Positions 9,983-22,015 of a DNA stretch of 64,000 bases are shown piece after piece. The first letter of the stretch is position 1. Every line of letters starts with the position of its first letter. The position numbers were made by a program, and so were the translations under genes. The stretch is from Dehalococcoidia bacterium (GTDB lineage: Bacteria; Chloroflexota; Dehalococcoidia; UBA2979). The notes beneath the pieces were generated by a model. The model ran no database searches and was not told where the DNA came from. It was given only the letters and a program-made list of their open reading frames with translations. The stretch spans positions 128,178 to 192,177 of the forward strand of contig JAWKPM010000005.1 in the NCBI GenBank assembly GCA_041390625.1, in the 5' to 3' direction.

Positions 9983-11541
9983 CTAGTGCGGGATGTGCTT
10001 CTCGTGCATATGCCAGCGACGCTCGCCGATGAGCGCGTCGGCGCCGCGCGGGCCCCAGCTGCCGGCCGGGTAGAACTGCAGCGGCGGCATGTCGTCCAGG
10101 ACCGGCTGCAGCACCTCCCAGGAGCGGCGCACGGCGTCGTCGCGCAGGAAGAGCATCGCGTCGCCGTCCATCGCATCGAAGAGCAGGCGCTCGTAGGCCT
10201 CGGCGGGCTCCGTCATGAAGGAGTCCTCGTACGAGAAATGCATGTTCACAGCGCGCAGTCCGATCTCGGGACCAGGCACCTTCGCCATGAAGGTGAAGGT
10301 GATGCCCTCGTCGGGCTGAATGCGGATCGCGAGGTGATTCGGCCGGTGCTCGTCCATGTCGAGTCCGACGCTCTCCCAGAGGTGGACGGGCGCCTCCTTG
10401 AAGGAGATGAGCACCTCCGTGTCGCGCCTCGGGAGGCGCTTGCCGGTACGCAGATAGAAGGGGACGCCGGCCCAGCGCCAGTTGTCGATCTCGGCGCGGA
10501 GGGCGACGTAGGTCTCGGTTTCGGAGTCGGGCGGGACCCCGGTCTCCTCACGGTAGCCGAGGGCGGGACGGCCCTCGACGGTGCCCGAGGTGTACTGGCC
10601 TCGGACGACGTCCTTCGGCTGGACCAGCTTCATCGCCTGGAGCGCCTTGGCGGTCTCGTCGCGGATGGCGTTGGCGGTGAAGTTGATGGGGGGCTCCATT
10701 GCCACCATCGACAGGACCTGCAGCGCGTGGTTCTGGATGATGTCGCGCATGGCGCCGACGCCGTCGTAGAAGGCGGCGCGGCCACCGGTGCCGATCGACT
10801 CGGCGACGGTGATCTGGACGTGGTCGATCGCGTCTCGATTCCACACCCGCTCCCAGATGTGGTTCCCGAACCGTAGGACCATGATGTTCTGGACGGTTTC
10901 CTTGCCCAGGTAGTGGTCGATGCGGAAGATCTGCGACTCATCGAAGTGGCCGCGGAGACGACGGTCGAGGTCCTGCGAGGACCCGAGGTCGAAGCCGAAG
11001 GGCTTCTCGATGACCAGGCGCGTTCCCTCGACGAGGTTCGCCTCGGCGATCTCGTCCACGAGCCCCGGCACGGCCGTCGGCGGCGTCGACAGGTAGATCA
11101 GGCGCCGGTCCTTCGTCGTTCGCTTGCCGGCGAAGCCGAGGCCCCCGGCCGAGCGCGGTACGTAGACGAGGCGGTCACGGAGCTCGATCCAGGCCTCGTC
11201 GTAGAGGGGACGGCGAGCGTGCGCCTTGATGGCGTTGGCGGCTCGGAGCTTGAACGTCTCGTCGTCGGTCTCCTCGCGGGCGTAGCCGATGATGGCGCCC
11301 TCGTTGGGGAGCAGGCCATCGATGAAGAGGTCGTAGATCGCCGGGATCAGCTTGCGCCGGGCGAGGTCACCGGTCGCACCGACGAGGATGATGTCCTGGT
11401 CCGGCGGTGGCTTGAGCGTGTATCCGGCGAGAGTGCCCGCGCCCTCGGGGCCTGATGGGCGCTCGGGTACGACGTCGTAGTCGACGCCTTCCTCGTCGTC
11501 GTACCTATCGTCCCTGAGGAGCTCGTCGGCGGCCGGCTCCC

Positions 11542-11545
<4 letters not shown>
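9983..11545 (-). CDS. zwf: glucose-6-phosphate 1-dehydrogenase
   Basis: 520 aa. RIDHYLGKE active-site motif and NAD(P)-binding N-terminus GATGDLARRKL. Confidence 0.9.
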
Positions 11546-12411
<866 letters not shown>

Positions 12412-12448
12412 GTGTGGCTCCTTCCGTGCGATTGCGTGCCGTGCGGTG

Positions 12449-14023
12449 CTAGCCGCCTGCGAGTGCCTCGAGCTCGTCGAGCGAGAGGCGGGCGACGCGT
12501 CGTCCGTGCGCGCGCAGCGATGCGAGGTCGCCGAGGGCCTGAGCCTGCTTCAGCCGCCCGAAGGTGAACGAGCGGCCCGGCACATCGATGTCGTTCGGAT
12601 CGGCGTCCACGATCTGGAGAAAGACGCCGTTGTTCGGGCCGCCCTTGTGGAGCTGGCCGGTCGAGTGCAGGAAGCGCGGGCCGAAGCCGACCGTCGTCGC
12701 GACTCGATAGCGGTCGCGGAGGGCGACGCGCGCGGCCTGCAGACGGCGCTTCGTCTCCTCGTTGCGCGGCACGTAGGCGAGGATCGCGAGGTAGTCCTCG
12801 CCCGGCACGACCTGCGCGAGGACGTCGCGGGCAGGGGGCGTCGAGGGATCGACCTCGTCGCCAGCGAGGACGGCGTTCGTCGCGTCCTTCGCCTCCTGTA
12901 CGTTCGGCTGGTCGAAGGCATTGATGCCGAGGATCTGCCCGGCGATCGCGGTCGCGAACTCCCAGCGGAAGAACTCGACGCCGAGTTGCAAGGCGTCGGT
13001 GAATGGGAGACGTACGACGGGATGACCGGCCTCGGCGAGCGGGCCGAGGCGCGCCTCCTCGATGTCGCCGATCGCGACGAAGAGGCGGCGCTCGCCGTAG
13101 ACCTCGAGCGCGCCGAGTGGCTCCCCCTCGATGGGCAGGATCCCGAGGCCGTGCTTGCCCGTCGACTCGGCGATGAGCTGCTCGATCCAGTAGCCCAGCG
13201 TGTCGATCGCCTCGGGCAGGACGAGCGTGACCTGGTCGCGGCCCGCGAGCGCGCCCTCGCCGAGGACGGCGCCCAGCCACACGCCGGGGTTCGACGCCGG
13301 GTCCTCGGTGCGGCACGCCTCCTGCATCGAGTGGGCGGCCGCCGTCAGTGCCTCGAGATCCGCGCCGATCAGGGCGGCGGGCACGAGACCGAAGAACGAG
13401 AGCGCGGCGTAGCGGCCGCCGATGGTCGAGCGATTGAGGAAGGTGCGCCGGAAGCCGCGCTCGGAGGCGAGCTTCGCGAGGCCCGAGCCCGGGTCGGTGA
13501 TGGCAATGAACTGCTCGCCGCGCGGGACGAGGCTCCAGAAGTGGTCGAGGTGCGACAGCGTCTCGATGGTCGAGCCGGACTTGCTCGCCACGATGAAGAC
13601 CGTGCGCTCGAGTGTGATGGCGGCCTCGACCTCGCGCACCTGCTCGGGATCGGTCGCGTCGAGCACGATGAGGTCGAGGCCGTTCGGGCCCCGACCGAAC
13701 GTCGAGTAGAAGACCTCGGGCGCGAGGCTCGAGCCACCCATGCCGAGCAGCACGACCGTCTCGAACCCGGCCTCGTGCACCTCGCGGGCGAAGCCTCGGA
13801 GGTCGTCGAGCTGCGGACGCATCTCATCGAGCACGTCGAGCCAGCCGAGGCGGTCCGTGATCTCGGTGGGGTCGGGCTGCCAGAGCGTGTGGTCGTGCTC
13901 CCACGTGCGCGGGATGGCTCGGTCGTTGGCCATCGTCTCGAGGCGCGTCGCGACCGCAGCCTCGATCGGACCGAGGCGCGTGCCGGCGGCCTGCGGCGCA
14001 ATGCCGTGCGATGCATCCGTCAT
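12449..14023 (-). CDS. pgi: glucose-6-phosphate isomerase
   Basis: 524 aa. PGI family architecture (two SIS domains; LLGMGGSSLAPEV). Confidence 0.85.
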   Translation of the reverse strand: MTDASHGIAPQAAGTRLGPIEAAVATRLETMANDRAIPRTWEHDHTLWQPDPTEITDRLGWLDVLDEMRPQLDDLRGFAREVHEAGFETVVLLGMGGSSLAPEVFYSTFGRGPNGLDLIVLDATDPEQVREVEAAITLERTVFIVASKSGSTIETLSHLDHFWSLVPRGEQFIAITDPGSGLAKLASERGFRRTFLNRSTIGGRYAALSFFGLVPAALIGADLEALTAAAHSMQEACRTEDPASNPGVWLGAVLGEGALAGRDQVTLVLPEAIDTLGYWIEQLIAESTGKHGLGILPIEGEPLGALEVYGERRLFVAIGDIEEARLGPLAEAGHPVVRLPFTDALQLGVEFFRWEFATAIAGQILGINAFDQPNVQEAKDATNAVLAGDEVDPSTPPARDVLAQVVPGEDYLAILAYVPRNEETKRRLQAARVALRDRYRVATTVGFGPRFLHSTGQLHKGGPNNGVFLQIVDADPNDIDVPGRSFTFGRLKQAQALGDLASLRAHGRRVARLSLDELEALAGG

Positions 14024-15126
14024 GACGCGGCCTTGACGGCACCGAGCGCGTTGCGAATCGCCTCGAGCAACCGCTCGAAGTCGGCGGCAAACGAGGCGAG
14101 GCCGTCCACGAGCAGCTTGTCGGTCACGGCATCGAGGTCCACACCGGCGGCGCGCGCCTCCGCGACGACCGCTGCTCCCTCGGCGATGCGTGCGGCATCG
14201 AGCGCCGTGCCATCGCCGTGATCGGCGAAGCCTTCGATGGTGGGCAACGGCAGGGTGTTCACGGTGTGCGGGACAACGAGCTGGTCGACGTAGAGCGTGT
14301 CCGGGTACGCGGGGTTCTTCGTGCTCGTCGAGGCCCAGAGTGGCCGCTGCGGCCGCGCTCCGGCGGCGGCAAGTGCCTCCCAGCGCGGCCCGGCGAAGAT
14401 GGCGCCGAAGCGCTCGTAGGCGAGGAGCGAGTTGCCGATGGCGACACGACCGCGCAGCGGCGAGTCCTCGGGCAGCTGCTCATCGACGGCGGTGTCGACG
14501 CGCGAGACGAAGAACGAGGCGACGCTCGCGACGGAATCGAGGGGGAGGCCGGCGGCGTGCCGGCGCTCGAGGCCCTCGATGTAGGCCTCGGCGACGCGCT
14601 CGTAAGTGGAGACCGCGAAGAGCAGCGTGATGTTGACGTTCACGCCTTCGGCGATGAGCTCGGTGACGGCGGGCAGGCCCTCGGCGGTGCCGGGCACCTT
14701 GATCATGATGTTGGGCCGGCCAAGGAGACCGAACAGCCGCTTCGCCTCGGCGACGCTGGCGGCGGTGTCGCGCTCGATGCCCGGGGGCAGCTCGAGGGAG
14801 ACGAAGCCGTCCTGGCGGGCGTTCGCCTCGTAGATCGGCAGGAAGGCGTCGGCGGCGCGGCCGATGTCGTCCGCGGCGATCTGGACGAAGGCGGCGTAGG
14901 GGTCGGTCTCTCCGGACTCGGCAATGCGCTGCAGGTCGTCGTCGTAGTCGTCCGAGCCGGTGATCGCCTTCGCGAAGATCGTGGGGTTCGAGGTCATCCC
15001 CTGGAGCCAGCCGTCCTCGATGAGGCGAGCGAGCTCACCAGAATCGAGGATGTGGCGGTCGATGAAGTCGAGCCAGACGCTCTGCTGCGCGGAGCGGAGT
15101 CGCTGAAGGGGGGCGGGAAGGGCCAT
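14020..15126 (-). CDS. tal: transaldolase
   Basis: Start set at internal ATG (MALPAPLQRL...). Motifs SVWLDFIDR, TSNPTIFAKA, NIMIKVPGT typical of transaldolase. Overlaps pgi start by 4 nt. Confidence 0.85.
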   Translation of the reverse strand: MALPAPLQRLRSAQQSVWLDFIDRHILDSGELARLIEDGWLQGMTSNPTIFAKAITGSDDYDDDLQRIAESGETDPYAAFVQIAADDIGRAADAFLPIYEANARQDGFVSLELPPGIERDTAASVAEAKRLFGLLGRPNIMIKVPGTAEGLPAVTELIAEGVNVNITLLFAVSTYERVAEAYIEGLERRHAAGLPLDSVASVASFFVSRVDTAVDEQLPEDSPLRGRVAIGNSLLAYERFGAIFAGPRWEALAAAGARPQRPLWASTSTKNPAYPDTLYVDQLVVPHTVNTLPLPTIEGFADHGDGTALDAARIAEGAAVVAEARAAGVDLDAVTDKLLVDGLASFAADFERLLEAIRNALGAVKAAS

Positions 15127-15136
15127 CGCGGCCTCC

Positions 15137-15604
15137 TTAGGATTCGTTGGGGGAGCGGGAGAAGCGCTGCTCGATCTCGTTGACCTTCTGCAGGCGCTGA
15201 CGGTGGCGGGGCGCGTCCGAGAAGACGGCTGCCTGGAACGCACGCACGATCTCGATGGCGAGGCTGGGGCCGATGACGCGAGCGCCCATGCAGATGACGT
15301 TCATGTCATCGTCCTCAACGCCCTGGTGGGCCGAGAACGTGTCGTGGCAGGTACCGGCGCGCACGCCTGGAATCTTGTTCGCTGCGACGCAGGCGCCGAT
15401 GCCGCTGCCGCAGAGCAGGACGCCTCGATGCGCGTCGCCCGCGGCAACCGGCTCGCCAACGGCGAGGGCATAGTCCGGGTAGTCGACCGGCGAGTCGTCG
15501 AACGTGCCGACATCGCGCACCTGGTGACCGAGGCGCTCGAGCTCGGCGATGACGGGGGCCTTCAGCGGCAGCCCTGCATGGTCGGAACCGACGACGAATC
15601 GCAC
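15137..15604 (-). CDS. rpiB: ribose-5-phosphate isomerase B (RpiB/LacA/LacB family)
   Basis: 155 aa. MRFVVGSDHAG...LLCGSGIGACVAANK motifs. Confidence 0.85.
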   Translation of the reverse strand: MRFVVGSDHAGLPLKAPVIAELERLGHQVRDVGTFDDSPVDYPDYALAVGEPVAAGDAHRGVLLCGSGIGACVAANKIPGVRAGTCHDTFSAHQGVEDDDMNVICMGARVIGPSLAIEIVRAFQAAVFSDAPRHRQRLQKVNEIEQRFSRSPNES

Positions 15605-15611
15605 GCCGACC

Positions 15612-17642
<2,031 letters not shown>

Positions 17643-17830
17643 GGGGCGGTTCCTTCCGGGCGGCGCGTCGGCGGGCTGCGTCCCGCCGTGCCCTTCGATC
17701 GTACCCCTTCATCTCAGTTACGCATTGCGGCCGCGTTACGGTCCCACGATCCGCGCAGGCACGAGGTCGATCGTCTCGGCACGACGGGGCGTTGCACATC
17801 GGGAGAACCCCAACGCCTCGAGGGTGGGCG

Positions 17831-18490
17831 TCAGCCCGAAGTGTCCTCGCGCTGTCTGGTGGCCATCGAAACGGTGTGCGTGCGGCCCTGCTTCACCTTC
17901 TCGTAGTTGCCGAACGCCTCGATGAAGGCGCGCTCGATGAAGCGGCGCAGGCCGGAGATCGTCACGACTACGATGCGTCCGCCCGGGCGAAGCGCGCGCT
18001 CGGCGTCGTGAAAGAGGATCGAATAGGCCTCGTTGCCGACCTTAGCGGGGAGGTTCGAGACCACGAGGTCGAATCGGCGGTCCGCGATGGCCTCGAAACC
18101 GTCGGAGAGCAACGCGTCGATGTTCTCGATGTTGTTGCGCGCGGCGTTGTCGCGCGCGTAGTCCACGGCCACGAAGTCGCGGTCGACCATCGTTGTCCGG
18201 CCTCGAGGGGCGAGGCGGGCGAGCGTGAGGCCGATGGGACCGTAGCCGCAGCCGAGATCGAGACAGTCGGCGTCGTCCGGCACCTCGATGTGGTCGAGGA
18301 GCAGTCGGGTGCCCTCATCGATGCCGCGCGGGGAGAAGAGGCCCCAGCGGCTGTGGAACGTCAGCTCGTGGCCTCGGATGGCCTCGGTGAAGACGAGGTC
18401 CTGGCGCAGGCGTTCGACGTCGGGCTTCGAGCGGGGCTGCGGCATCCGTCCTCCGGCGTCAGCGTCGAGCACGAGCGCGGCCGGAGTCAA
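17831..18490 (-). CDS. class I SAM-dependent methyltransferase (RsmC/RlmG-type small methyltransferase domain)
   Basis: 219 aa. CLDLGCGYGPIGLTLA (motif I) and VVSNLPAK resembling the NPPF-type motif IV of rRNA m2G methyltransferases. Confidence 0.7.
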   Translation of the reverse strand: MTPAALVLDADAGGRMPQPRSKPDVERLRQDLVFTEAIRGHELTFHSRWGLFSPRGIDEGTRLLLDHIEVPDDADCLDLGCGYGPIGLTLARLAPRGRTTMVDRDFVAVDYARDNAARNNIENIDALLSDGFEAIADRRFDLVVSNLPAKVGNEAYSILFHDAERALRPGGRIVVVTISGLRRFIERAFIEAFGNYEKVKQGRTHTVSMATRQREDTSG

Positions 18491-18516
18491 CGAGGGCGCG
18501 TCGATAGACTGGCGGG

Positions 18517-19488
18517 ATGAAGGACTTCGACACGGCGCCGCCGGGCGGTCGGTGGACCCCGCCGGACTTCAGCGACCTCGAACGGGTCGCACTCGACCTC
18601 GAGGCGTTCGCGCCGGACGCGGAGCCGATCGCGCCCCTGCGCCTCCTGGGCGAGGGGTTCTTCTCGGTGGCGCTGGCGACGGCTTCGGACCACGTCTTTC
18701 GCCTCGGGACAGCGCCCGGCGTGTTCGAGCGCTACGAGAAGGAGTGGCGGCTGCTGCCGTGGCTGCGCGAGCACGAGCTGCCGCTCGAGGCGCCACGGCC
18801 TCGATGGCTGCTGGTGCCGGGTGATGCGTTCCCCTTCGGTGGGACGGGCTATCCGATGCTGCCCGGCGTCCAGATGACAGCCGACCTCATCGCGCAGGGT
18901 GATCGAGCGGCGCTCATCCGCCAGATCGCAGAGTTGCTCGTCGCCCTCCATGCGATGCCCACCGAGGAGCTTGCGGCGCTCGGCGTGCCGGGCCCGGAGC
19001 TCGAGCGGACGTGGGAGCGCGAGTGGCACGAGGCCTCGATGGCGGTGCTCCCCTCGGTGCTGTCGGCTCCGGAGATGGAGGCCGTCGCGCGCTGGTGGGA
19101 GGGGTTCCTCGACGTGCGCGATGCCTACAACGGGCCGCTGGTGCTGCTGCATCGAGACATCGGAGACGAGAACCTGCTGGCCTCGGAGGATGGCAGTCAC
19201 CTCGTGGGGGTGATCGACTGGGAGCACGCCGCCGTGGGCGACCCGATGTACGACTTCGCGCACCTGCGGTTCATCGGCCTCGACTTCCAGCGCGAAGCGA
19301 TTGAGGCGTACCAGGACCTCGGCGGGCGTGTGGACGGCGGGATGCACGAGCGCCTCGATTGGAACTGGCAGCTCGCGCCCTTCCCGGGGATCAGCCGAAC
19401 GTGGCGACGGGGCGAGCAGATCGACGGCGACGAGGTGCGAGCGTCGCTTCAACGGCACGGTGTGCTCGAGGGGGTGACGAATGACTGA
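18517..19488 (+). CDS. aminoglycoside phosphotransferase (APH) family kinase
   Basis: 323 aa. Brenner motif HRDIGDENLL and VIDWEHAAVGDPMYDFA. Confidence 0.75.
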   Translation: MKDFDTAPPGGRWTPPDFSDLERVALDLEAFAPDAEPIAPLRLLGEGFFSVALATASDHVFRLGTAPGVFERYEKEWRLLPWLREHELPLEAPRPRWLLVPGDAFPFGGTGYPMLPGVQMTADLIAQGDRAALIRQIAELLVALHAMPTEELAALGVPGPELERTWEREWHEASMAVLPSVLSAPEMEAVARWWEGFLDVRDAYNGPLVLLHRDIGDENLLASEDGSHLVGVIDWEHAAVGDPMYDFAHLRFIGLDFQREAIEAYQDLGGRVDGGMHERLDWNWQLAPFPGISRTWRRGEQIDGDEVRASLQRHGVLEGVTND

Positions 19489-20251
19489 CGCCGGAGCGCC
19501 GAACGTGGGCCTGGGGCGGCCGGACTACACGGCGCTCGAGTTTGGACCGCCCCTCGATGACCGGCCGTACGTGATCGCGAACATGGTCTCGTCGGCGGAC
19601 GGGAAGGTGGTCGTCGAGGGGACCGAGCAGGGCCTCGGATCGCCGGACGACCAGGCGCTGATGCGCGAGCTGCGCTTCCACGCTGACGTGGTGATGAACG
19701 GCGCAGGGACACTGCGGGCCAGCGGCACCTCGTCGCGCGTGCCGGAAGCCCTGCAACAGCGCCGCATCGCAGCCGGGAAGCCCGCGAACCCCCTCGGCGC
19801 GGTGGTGACCTCGAGTGGCGCGCTGCCGCTGGACCGAGCGTTCTTCACGGCGCGCGACTTCGAGGCGATGGTCTTCGCCTCGGAGGAGGCCGGCGGCGAG
19901 CGCCTCGAGGCGCTGCGGGCGACGGGGCGGCCGCTGGTGGTCATGCCCTCGGATGCCGGTATCGCGTGGGTGCTGCGACACATGAGGCAGGAGCTCGGCG
20001 CCTCGCTGCTGCTGGTCGAAGGCGGGCCATCGCTGAACGGCGAGCTGTTCGACGGCGGGCTCATCGACGAGCTGTTCCTCACGGTGGGCTCGGTCGTGGT
20101 CGCCGGGGACGGGACGAAGACGGCGGTGCAGAGCGAGCGGCCGCCGGACCTCGATGCGCTGACACGCCTCGACCTGGTCTCGGCGGCGGTCAACGCGGCG
20201 ACGAGCGAGGTGTACCTGCGCTATCGCATCGATGGGCGTGGGGCGCGGTAG
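19481..20251 (+). CDS. RibD C-terminal domain / dihydrofolate-reductase-like family reductase
   Basis: 256 aa. VIANMVSSADGKV...LLLVEGGPSLNGELF pattern of RibD_C/DHFR-like fold. Overlaps upstream APH gene by 8 nt. Confidence 0.7.
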   Translation: MTDAGAPNVGLGRPDYTALEFGPPLDDRPYVIANMVSSADGKVVVEGTEQGLGSPDDQALMRELRFHADVVMNGAGTLRASGTSSRVPEALQQRRIAAGKPANPLGAVVTSSGALPLDRAFFTARDFEAMVFASEEAGGERLEALRATGRPLVVMPSDAGIAWVLRHMRQELGASLLLVEGGPSLNGELFDGGLIDELFLTVGSVVVAGDGTKTAVQSERPPDLDALTRLDLVSAAVNAATSEVYLRYRIDGRGAR

Positions 20252-20751
20252 CGGACCTCGGGGAGGTATGTGTCGCCGAACGGGTGGAGCTCGCGGGCGC
20301 CGTCGGCGGCCCAGCCGTGGCGCTCGTAGAAGCGGCGGGCGCGGGGATTCTCCTCGAGGGTCCAGAGCGTGAGCACCTCGAAGTCGCGAGCGAGGGCCTC
20401 AATGGCGGCGCCGAAGAGGGCATCGGCGACACCGGTGCCCCAGCGCTCGGGTGAGACGAACAGCAGGTAGAGCTGGCCGGCCTGCTCCTCGAGGGCGGCT
20501 CCGCCCTCGAGTGTGAACCGTGGACCGAACCAGGCGAAGCCAACGACCTCGGTACCACGTGTTGCCACGAGGAGCGTCGAGCCGGGCCGATCGGTCAGGA
20601 CGGTGCGCCACTCGGGGAGTCGATCCTCGACCGGACGGTCGAGGTCGGCGTCCGGGATCACGCCTCGATGGGCGGCGCGGCGGGCCTCGACCCAGATGGT
20701 CGCACACGCCTCGATGTCGGCCGGCGTGGCCGGCCTGAGCTCAACGTCCAT
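20221..20751 (-). CDS. GNAT family N-acetyltransferase
   Basis: 176 aa. Acetyl-CoA-binding region QLYLLFVSPERWGTGVADALF. Confidence 0.75.
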   Translation of the reverse strand: MDVELRPATPADIEACATIWVEARRAAHRGVIPDADLDRPVEDRLPEWRTVLTDRPGSTLLVATRGTEVVGFAWFGPRFTLEGGAALEEQAGQLYLLFVSPERWGTGVADALFGAAIEALARDFEVLTLWTLEENPRARRFYERHGWAADGARELHPFGDTYLPEVRYRAPRPSMR

Positions 20752-20794
20752 CGGAGATGCCGGCGCCGGACGCGGTCATCCGGCGCCGGTCACG

Positions 20795-20938
20795 CTATCG
20801 AGCGGCGGTCGAGGGACTGTCGTGGCGCAGCCGCGCCTCGCGATTCCGCCGATGCGAACCGATCGCCGCGGCGACGATGCCGACGACGAGGGACACTTCC
20901 AACCAGGAAGCAACAACCAGTGCGATCCACCAACCCAT
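20795..20938 (-). CDS. small predicted membrane protein (47 aa), not in the supplied ORF track
   Basis: Hand-translated: MGWWIALVVASWLEVSLVVGIVAAAIGSHRRNREARLRHDSPSTAAR. One TM helix then a basic tail. GGGAGGG SD 5 nt upstream of ATG. Lies 43 bp upstream of the GNAT gene on the same strand. Confidence 0.45.
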   Translation of the reverse strand: MGWWIALVVASWLEVSLVVGIVAAAIGSHRRNREARLRHDSPSTAAR

Positions 20939-21087
20939 TCGACCCTCCCTACGAGCAGAGGATGTCGCGGCCAGAGGGTACCGCCGCTATCGCGTTTTGT
21001 CATGCCTCCGTAACGATCTCCACGCCCTCCGATACGTTTCACCGGTGGGCCCGGGAGCGGCAAGAGGGAGGATTCCGCAGGATCTCG

Positions 21088-21966
21088 TCAGGCGGTCACC
21101 GGCGTGTGGCGCCTGAGGAAGTCGAGGATCGCCGCTTCTCCCTCGGAGGTGCTGCTGGCGGCGCCGTGCTCCTCGCCCTCGAAGAGGCGGACCTCGACGT
21201 TCGACATGCCCTCGGCGAGCTTCTCCCACTCGACGTTCGGGTAGACGGTGTCGGCGGTGCCGTAGACGACGAGCACGGGCATCTTGAGCTCGTGGAACCT
21301 CGACGTGGCGTCGAAGTCGAGGTGGGCCGCGTAGGTGCGGAGCTCGGCGCCGTACTTGTAGATGCGCTCCTCGCGAGGGATGGCGGAGAGCTGGGCCTGG
21401 ATGGCGGCTCGACGCTCATCGCGCTGGCGCTGCTCTTCCTCGGACTGGGCGGGACGCGCGGCCGCGAACAGGTTGAGGCCGACGGTGCCGCCCTCGCGGC
21501 GAGCCTCATAGGCGGCGTCGACGCCCTTCGTGTTCAGCACCTCGATGCGCTCGCGGAGCTTGCCGAGGAGGTCGGGGTCCTGCGAGAGCCACGGTGCGGT
21601 CTCGGCGATGACGAGGCCGGCGCAGGCGTCGGGGTGCTCGAGTCCGAAGGTGGTGGCGATGGGGCCGCCGGCCGAGGTGCCCCAAACGAAGGCCTGCTCC
21701 TGGCCGAGGTGACGCAGCAGCTCGCGGATGTCCGAGGCGAAGAGCGACATGGTGTGTGGCACGTCGGGGAAGCCGGAGCGACCGGAGGAGCGGCGGTCCG
21801 GCAGGATCACCTGGAAGTGGGGCGCGAAGCGCTCCACCCATCCGGGCACGTTGCCGCCGGCGCCGGTGCCGAGGCCGCCGAAGCCGCCGTGGGCGAAGAC
21901 GAGCGGGAAGCCGGAGCCGTGGGTCTCGTAGTAGATCTCGGTGCCGTTGATCTGGGCGGTCGGCAT
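21088..21966 (-). CDS. alpha/beta hydrolase fold protein
   Basis: 292 aa. Nucleophile elbow GTSAGG. HGGFGG oxyanion region. Confidence 0.8.
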   Translation of the reverse strand: MPTAQINGTEIYYETHGSGFPLVFAHGGFGGLGTGAGGNVPGWVERFAPHFQVILPDRRSSGRSGFPDVPHTMSLFASDIRELLRHLGQEQAFVWGTSAGGPIATTFGLEHPDACAGLVIAETAPWLSQDPDLLGKLRERIEVLNTKGVDAAYEARREGGTVGLNLFAAARPAQSEEEQRQRDERRAAIQAQLSAIPREERIYKYGAELRTYAAHLDFDATSRFHELKMPVLVVYGTADTVYPNVEWEKLAEGMSNVEVRLFEGEEHGAASSTSEGEAAILDFLRRHTPVTA

Positions 21967-22015
21967 CGGTGGTGCGCTCCCTCGATGTGTCGGTGCGGGT
22001 GGGTCTTCGGGGGGA

